Below are positions 60,733 through 64,000 of a DNA stretch of 64,000 bases, piece by piece. A model generated the notes under the pieces. It was not told where the DNA came from. It saw nothing but the letters and a program-made list of their open reading frames with translations, and searched no databases. Both the position numbers and the translations under genes were made by a program. Position 1 is the first letter of the stretch, and each line of letters opens with the position of its first letter. The stretch comes from Ruminococcus sp. (GTDB lineage Bacteria; Bacillota; Clostridia; Oscillospirales; Acutalibacteraceae). Where the stretch lies: positions 47,824-111,823 of the forward strand of contig JAFTGC010000005.1 in the NCBI GenBank assembly GCA_017458105.1, in the 5' to 3' direction.

Positions 60733-60882
60733 ATGAGAGTAAAAGTAACAATGGCCTGCACAGAGTGCAAACAGCGTAATTACAACACAATGAAGAACAA
60801 GAAGAACAATCCTGACAGACTTGAGATGAACAAGTATTGCAGATTCTGCAAGAAGCATACTCTGCATAAGGAAACAAAGTAA
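60733..60882 (+). CDS. rpmG: 50S ribosomal protein L33 (absent from ORF track)
   Basis: [49 protein letters not shown]; RBS AGGAGG. Confidence 0.98.
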   Translation: MRVKVTMACTECKQRNYNTMKNKKNNPDRLEMNKYCRFCKKHTLHKETK

Positions 60883-60896
60883 GACGGAGGACGAAT

Positions 60897-61163
60897 ATGG
60901 CTGAAAAGAGCAAGACCTCTGCAAAGGGTAAGACCTCTGCAAAGGGCAAAAAAAAGAAAAAAAGTGTCTTTTCACGAATCACCTCGTTTTTCCGTTCCTG
61001 TGTTGGAGAATGTAAAAAGATAAGTTGGCCGACATGGAAGCAGACAACAAAGAACTTTGGTATTGTACTGGTTGTCATTATAATTTGCGGTCTAATTATC
61101 TTCGGTGTTGACAGAGGTTTATTTGCATTGCTTGACCTCGTTATGGAAACAGCCAACACCTAA
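60897..61163 (+). CDS. secE: Preprotein translocase subunit SecE
   Basis: E.KKISWP motif plus one TM; between rpmG and nusG. Confidence 0.95.
   Translation: MAEKSKTSAKGKTSAKGKKKKKSVFSRITSFFRSCVGECKKISWPTWKQTTKNFGIVLVVIIICGLIIFGVDRGLFALLDLVMETANT
60912..60946 (+). repeat. 18-nt period tandem duplication in secE (KTSAKG x2)
   Basis: AAGACCTCTGCAAAGGG at 60912 and 60930. Confidence 0.9.
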
Positions 61164-61207
61164 GGCATAGGCTTTAATTCTTGAATATTTAGGAGAGAGG
61201 GTCAGTT

Positions 61208-61720
61208 ATGCCGGATGCTAAATGGTATGTTGTGCATACCTATTCAGGATATGAAAACAAAGTTGCGTCCACACTTGTTACTACTGTAGAAAACCGTAAT
61301 CTGCACGATATGATTCTGGATGTTAAAATTCCTACAGAAGTAATTGTGGAGGATGGCAAGGAGAGGGAAAACAAGCTTTATCCGGGCTATGTTTTCATAA
61401 AAATGATTTATACTGACGAAACCTGGTATGTAGTCTGCAATATCAGAGGATGCACGGGATTTGTCGGTCCGTCAGGTAAGCCTGTTCCGCTGACAGAGGA
61501 TGAGGTCTACAGGATGGGTGTTGAAAAGAGAGTTGTCGAGGCAGCTTACGATGTCGGAGATCAGGTTAAGATTATTGACGGTCCGCTTGAGGATTTTGTC
61601 GGCATTGTTGAAGAGATGGACATCGACAAGGATTATGTTAGAGTTACTGTGTCAATGTTTGGCAGAGAAACTCCGGTTGAGCTTGAAATAGGTCAGGCTG
61701 AACTTATTGAAGAAGACTGA
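61208..61720 (+). CDS. nusG: Transcription factor NusG
   Basis: WYVVHTYSGYENKV, PGYV, KOW, FGRETPVEL. Confidence 0.98.
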   Translation: MPDAKWYVVHTYSGYENKVASTLVTTVENRNLHDMILDVKIPTEVIVEDGKERENKLYPGYVFIKMIYTDETWYVVCNIRGCTGFVGPSGKPVPLTEDEVYRMGVEKRVVEAAYDVGDQVKIIDGPLEDFVGIVEEMDIDKDYVRVTVSMFGRETPVELEIGQAELIEED

Positions 61721-61766
61721 TATATTATGGGAAAACCCATTTATAAAAGCGGGACTTGTGTCCCCT

Positions 61767-61796
61767 GTGGGAGGGCTTCAGCCCACTATTAACCAC
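61767..61796 (+). promoter_or_regulatory. L1-binding leader upstream of rplK
   Basis: GTGGGAG-hairpin-TAACCAC motif. Confidence 0.75.
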
Positions 61797-61816
61797 GAAT
61801 TAGGAGGATTTATATT

Positions 61817-62242
61817 ATGGCACAGAAGGTAATCGGCTTTATCAAGCTTCAGATTCCTGCCGGTAAAGCTACACCGGCTCCACCGGTTGGACCGGCTCTC
61901 GGTCAGCACGGTGTTAATATCGTAGCATTTACAAAAGAATTTAACGAAAGAACTCAGAAGGATGCCGGTCTCATCATCCCTGTTGTTATAACAGTTTATG
62001 CAGACCACAGCTTCTCATTCGTAACTAAGACTCCACCTGCTGCTGTTCTTATTAAGAAGGCTCTTAACCTTCAGAGCGGTTCAGGCGAACCTAACAAGAA
62101 AAAGGTTGGTCAGATTACTAAAGAGCAGATTAAGGCTATTGCCGAGCAGAAGTTGCCTGACCTCAATGCTGCTTCTATCGAAACTGCTATGAGTATGATC
62201 GAAGGCACTTGCAGAAGTATGGGTGTCACAGTAGCAGAATAA
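61817..62242 (+). CDS. rplK: 50S ribosomal protein L11
   Basis: [20 protein letters not shown]. Confidence 0.99.
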   Translation: MAQKVIGFIKLQIPAGKATPAPPVGPALGQHGVNIVAFTKEFNERTQKDAGLIIPVVITVYADHSFSFVTKTPPAAVLIKKALNLQSGSGEPNKKKVGQITKEQIKAIAEQKLPDLNAASIETAMSMIEGTCRSMGVTVAE

Positions 62243-62250
62243 TTATTCCG

Positions 62251-62277
62251 GGTGGGAGGATAATCCGTTAGACCACC
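62251..62277 (+). promoter_or_regulatory. L1-binding site upstream of rplA
   Basis: GGTGGGAG-GATAATCC-GTTAGACCACC. Confidence 0.75.
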
Positions 62278-62295
62278 TAATTATGGAGGATTAAT

Positions 62296-62991
62296 ATGAA
62301 ACATGGTAAAAATTATGTCGAGAGCAAAAAGCTTATCGACAAGAATAAACAGTATGATGTTAAGGAAGCTCTTGACCTTTGCATCAAAACAGCTAAAGCT
62401 AAGTTTGATGAAACAATTGAGCTTCATGTAAGACTCGGCGTTGACTCGCGTCACGCAGACCAGCAGGTGCGTGGTGCTATCGTTCTGCCTAACGGTACCG
62501 GTAAAGATGTAAGAGTTCTTGCTATCTGTAAGGGCGAAAACGAAAAACTTGCTCAGGAGGCAGGTGCTGACTTTGTAGGTGCTGAGTCAATGACACAGAA
62601 GATTCAGCAGGACAACTGGCTTGACTTTGATGTTATCGTTACAACACCTGATTGCATGGGTCTAGTAGGTCGTCTTGGTAGAATTCTCGGACCTAGAGGT
62701 CTTATGCCTAACCCTAAGGCAGGTACAGTTACAACTGACATTGCAAAGGCTATTAAAGAAGCTAAGGCAGGTAAGATTGAGTACCGTCTTGACAAAACAA
62801 ACATTATCCATTGCCCAATCGGTAAAAAGAGCTTTGGCACTGACAAGCTTGCAGAGAACCTTGAGACTCTTATGGAAGCAGTTGTTAAAGCTAAACCGGC
62901 TGCCGCTAAGGGTCAGTACATCAAATCCGTTGCTGTTACTTCAACAATGGGTCCTGGCGTTAAGGTTGCTACATCTAAGTACGGCAACTGA
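62296..62991 (+). CDS. rplA: 50S ribosomal protein L1
   Basis: [22 protein letters not shown]. Confidence 0.99.
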   Translation: MKHGKNYVESKKLIDKNKQYDVKEALDLCIKTAKAKFDETIELHVRLGVDSRHADQQVRGAIVLPNGTGKDVRVLAICKGENEKLAQEAGADFVGAESMTQKIQQDNWLDFDVIVTTPDCMGLVGRLGRILGPRGLMPNPKAGTVTTDIAKAIKEAKAGKIEYRLDKTNIIHCPIGKKSFGTDKLAENLETLMEAVVKAKPAAAKGQYIKSVAVTSTMGPGVKVATSKYGN

Positions 62992-63051
62992 TTTTAGCCG
63001 AAAATAGAATAATCGGTATTAACTCATTTTTGAGTTTAATATATTTCGCTG

Positions 63052-63185
63052 TTCTAAAGACAGCAGGTGCTAGTACCTGAATTGGTATTATGCATAAGTT
63101 GCTTGCCACGCCTGCCGAGGAAGATGCAAAATTACATTGTGACTTTGTGCCTTTCCTCGCAAATTGGAGGAAAGGCTTTCTTTTT
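63052..63185 (+). promoter_or_regulatory. L10 leader with attenuator hairpin
   Basis: AAGACAGCAGG...CCTGCCGAGG motif; GCCTTTCCTC/GAGGAAAGGC plus T-tract at 63149-63185. Confidence 0.85.
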
Positions 63186-63219
63186 GAACTGCGTATCAAT
63201 TAATACGGAGGTGACAAAT

Positions 63220-63786
63220 TTGCCAAGTGAAAAGGTTTTAGAGGCTAAGAAAGCTCTTGTAGAGGAGCTTTCCGAAAGACTAAAGGCTTCTGTTTCAGGT
63301 GTTATTGTAAACTACAAGGGTATTAATGTTGCTGATGACACACAGCTCAGAAAAGAGCTTCGTGAGTCTGATGTTAAATACACTGTTATAAAGAACACTA
63401 TGTTGGGCAGAGCTTGCGAGAAGGTTGGTCTTGAGGGTCTTGAAGATGTCCTCGAGGGTACAACTGCTCTTGCAACAAGTGAAACTGATTACACAGGTGC
63501 AGCAAGAATCCTCAGCAAGTATGCTAAGGATCATGAGGAATTTGCAATTAAGAGCGGTTTCCTCGATGGTGAAGTTATTGGTCTTGATAAGATTGATGCT
63601 CTTGCAAAACTTCCTACAAGGGAAGTTCTCCTTGCAAATGTTCTTGGTGCATTCCAGGCTCCTATCGCATCTTTTGCAAGAGGAGTTCAGGCTATCGTTG
63701 ACAAGGGCGGTATTGAAGCAGCTCTTGCTGATAAGGAAAATGCAGCAGCTGACGAAGAGGCTCCTGCAGAAGAAGCAGCTGAATAA
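63220..63786 (+). CDS. rplJ: 50S ribosomal protein L10
   Basis: Y.G..V.....LR, KNT, LAKLPTRE; TTG 63220 after GGAGGTGA. Confidence 0.97.
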   Translation: MPSEKVLEAKKALVEELSERLKASVSGVIVNYKGINVADDTQLRKELRESDVKYTVIKNTMLGRACEKVGLEGLEDVLEGTTALATSETDYTGAARILSKYAKDHEEFAIKSGFLDGEVIGLDKIDALAKLPTREVLLANVLGAFQAPIASFARGVQAIVDKGGIEAALADKENAAADEEAPAEEAAE

Positions 63787-63841
63787 TAAATTTGCTGCAT
63801 ACTAAAATTGATTATTAACAAAAACACGGAGGTATATTAAA

Positions 63842-64000
63842 ATGGCTAGTGAAAAAATTACTGCTATTATCGAAGAATTAAAGACTCTTACAGTTCTTGA
63901 ACTTGCTGATCTTGTTCACGCTGTAGAGGATGAGTTTGGTGTATCCGCTGCTGCTGCTGTTGCAGTTGCTGCTCCTACAGAGGATGCTGCTGAGGCTGAG
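63842..64000 (+). CDS. rplL: 50S ribosomal protein L7/L12 (3' truncated by window edge)
   Basis: [39 protein letters not shown]; RBS GGAGG. Confidence 0.97.
   Translation, partial: MASEKITAIIEELKTLTVLELADLVHAVEDEFGVSAAAAVAVAAPTEDAAEAE

Noticed and set aside
15868-63219. N-terminal extensions in the ORF track for thrS, dnaG, AKR, DUF421, aspS, the 54534 ORF and rplJ
   Set aside because: Downstream starts have clear RBS, and several extensions run through promoters or leader RNAs
2018-63805. Many short alternative-frame and antisense ORFs in the track (for example 12932-13423, 17158-17679, 17255-17779, 36396-36854, 60599-61159)
   Set aside because: They overlap well-supported genes, lack RBS and recognisable motifs, and are the expected shadow ORFs
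1-64000. CRISPR arrays, tRNA, rRNA, prophage or integrase genes
   Set aside because: No regularly spaced repeats, cloverleaf motifs or phage-like ORFs seen in any intergenic gap by eye

Overview
Chromosomal window from a low-GC spore-forming Clostridia member, most consistent with a Ruminococcus bromii-like starch degrader (inferred from a dockerin/MucBP/CBM26 pullulanase). The backbone is housekeeping: sporulation genes (ylbJ, yqfC, yqfD), asnB, DAK2/recG, T-box-controlled thrS, rpmE, dnaG-rpoD, two tandem type I pullulanases, dtd-hemZ, aspS-gatCAB, glyQS, argS, murI and rpmG-secE-nusG-rplKAJL. Four accessory blocks interrupt it: an AT-rich ABC export module (1-2.8 kb), a lipoprotein/fused-permease ABC module preceded by a broken small-peptide gene (29.1-34.0 kb), a LysR-controlled oxidoreductase module (34.1-37.9 kb), and an AT-rich surface-glycosylation cassette with a decayed IS110 element (54.7-59.7 kb). 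The most notable signal is in no ORF. The non-coding left end of the IS110 remnant (59450-59696, minus strand) folds like a bridge RNA. Its predicted left target guide (CAUCAUCCU) matches the adjacent chromosomal flank (AATCATC-CT) at 8 of 9 nt, and that flank is the Shine-Dalgarno of the next host gene. Removing 54685-59696 at two AG dinucleotides rebuilds a plausible promoter-RBS-start, so the glycosylation cassette may be IS110 cargo. Other candidates are a VanY-fold pseudo-peptidase, a flavoenzyme with eukaryotic-UGM-like motifs in a GtrA/GT-C cassette lacking GtrB, a structured murI leader and a putative forespore small protein. No tRNA, rRNA or CRISPR array was seen. All family calls come from motif recognition by eye; no database searches or folding programs were run.
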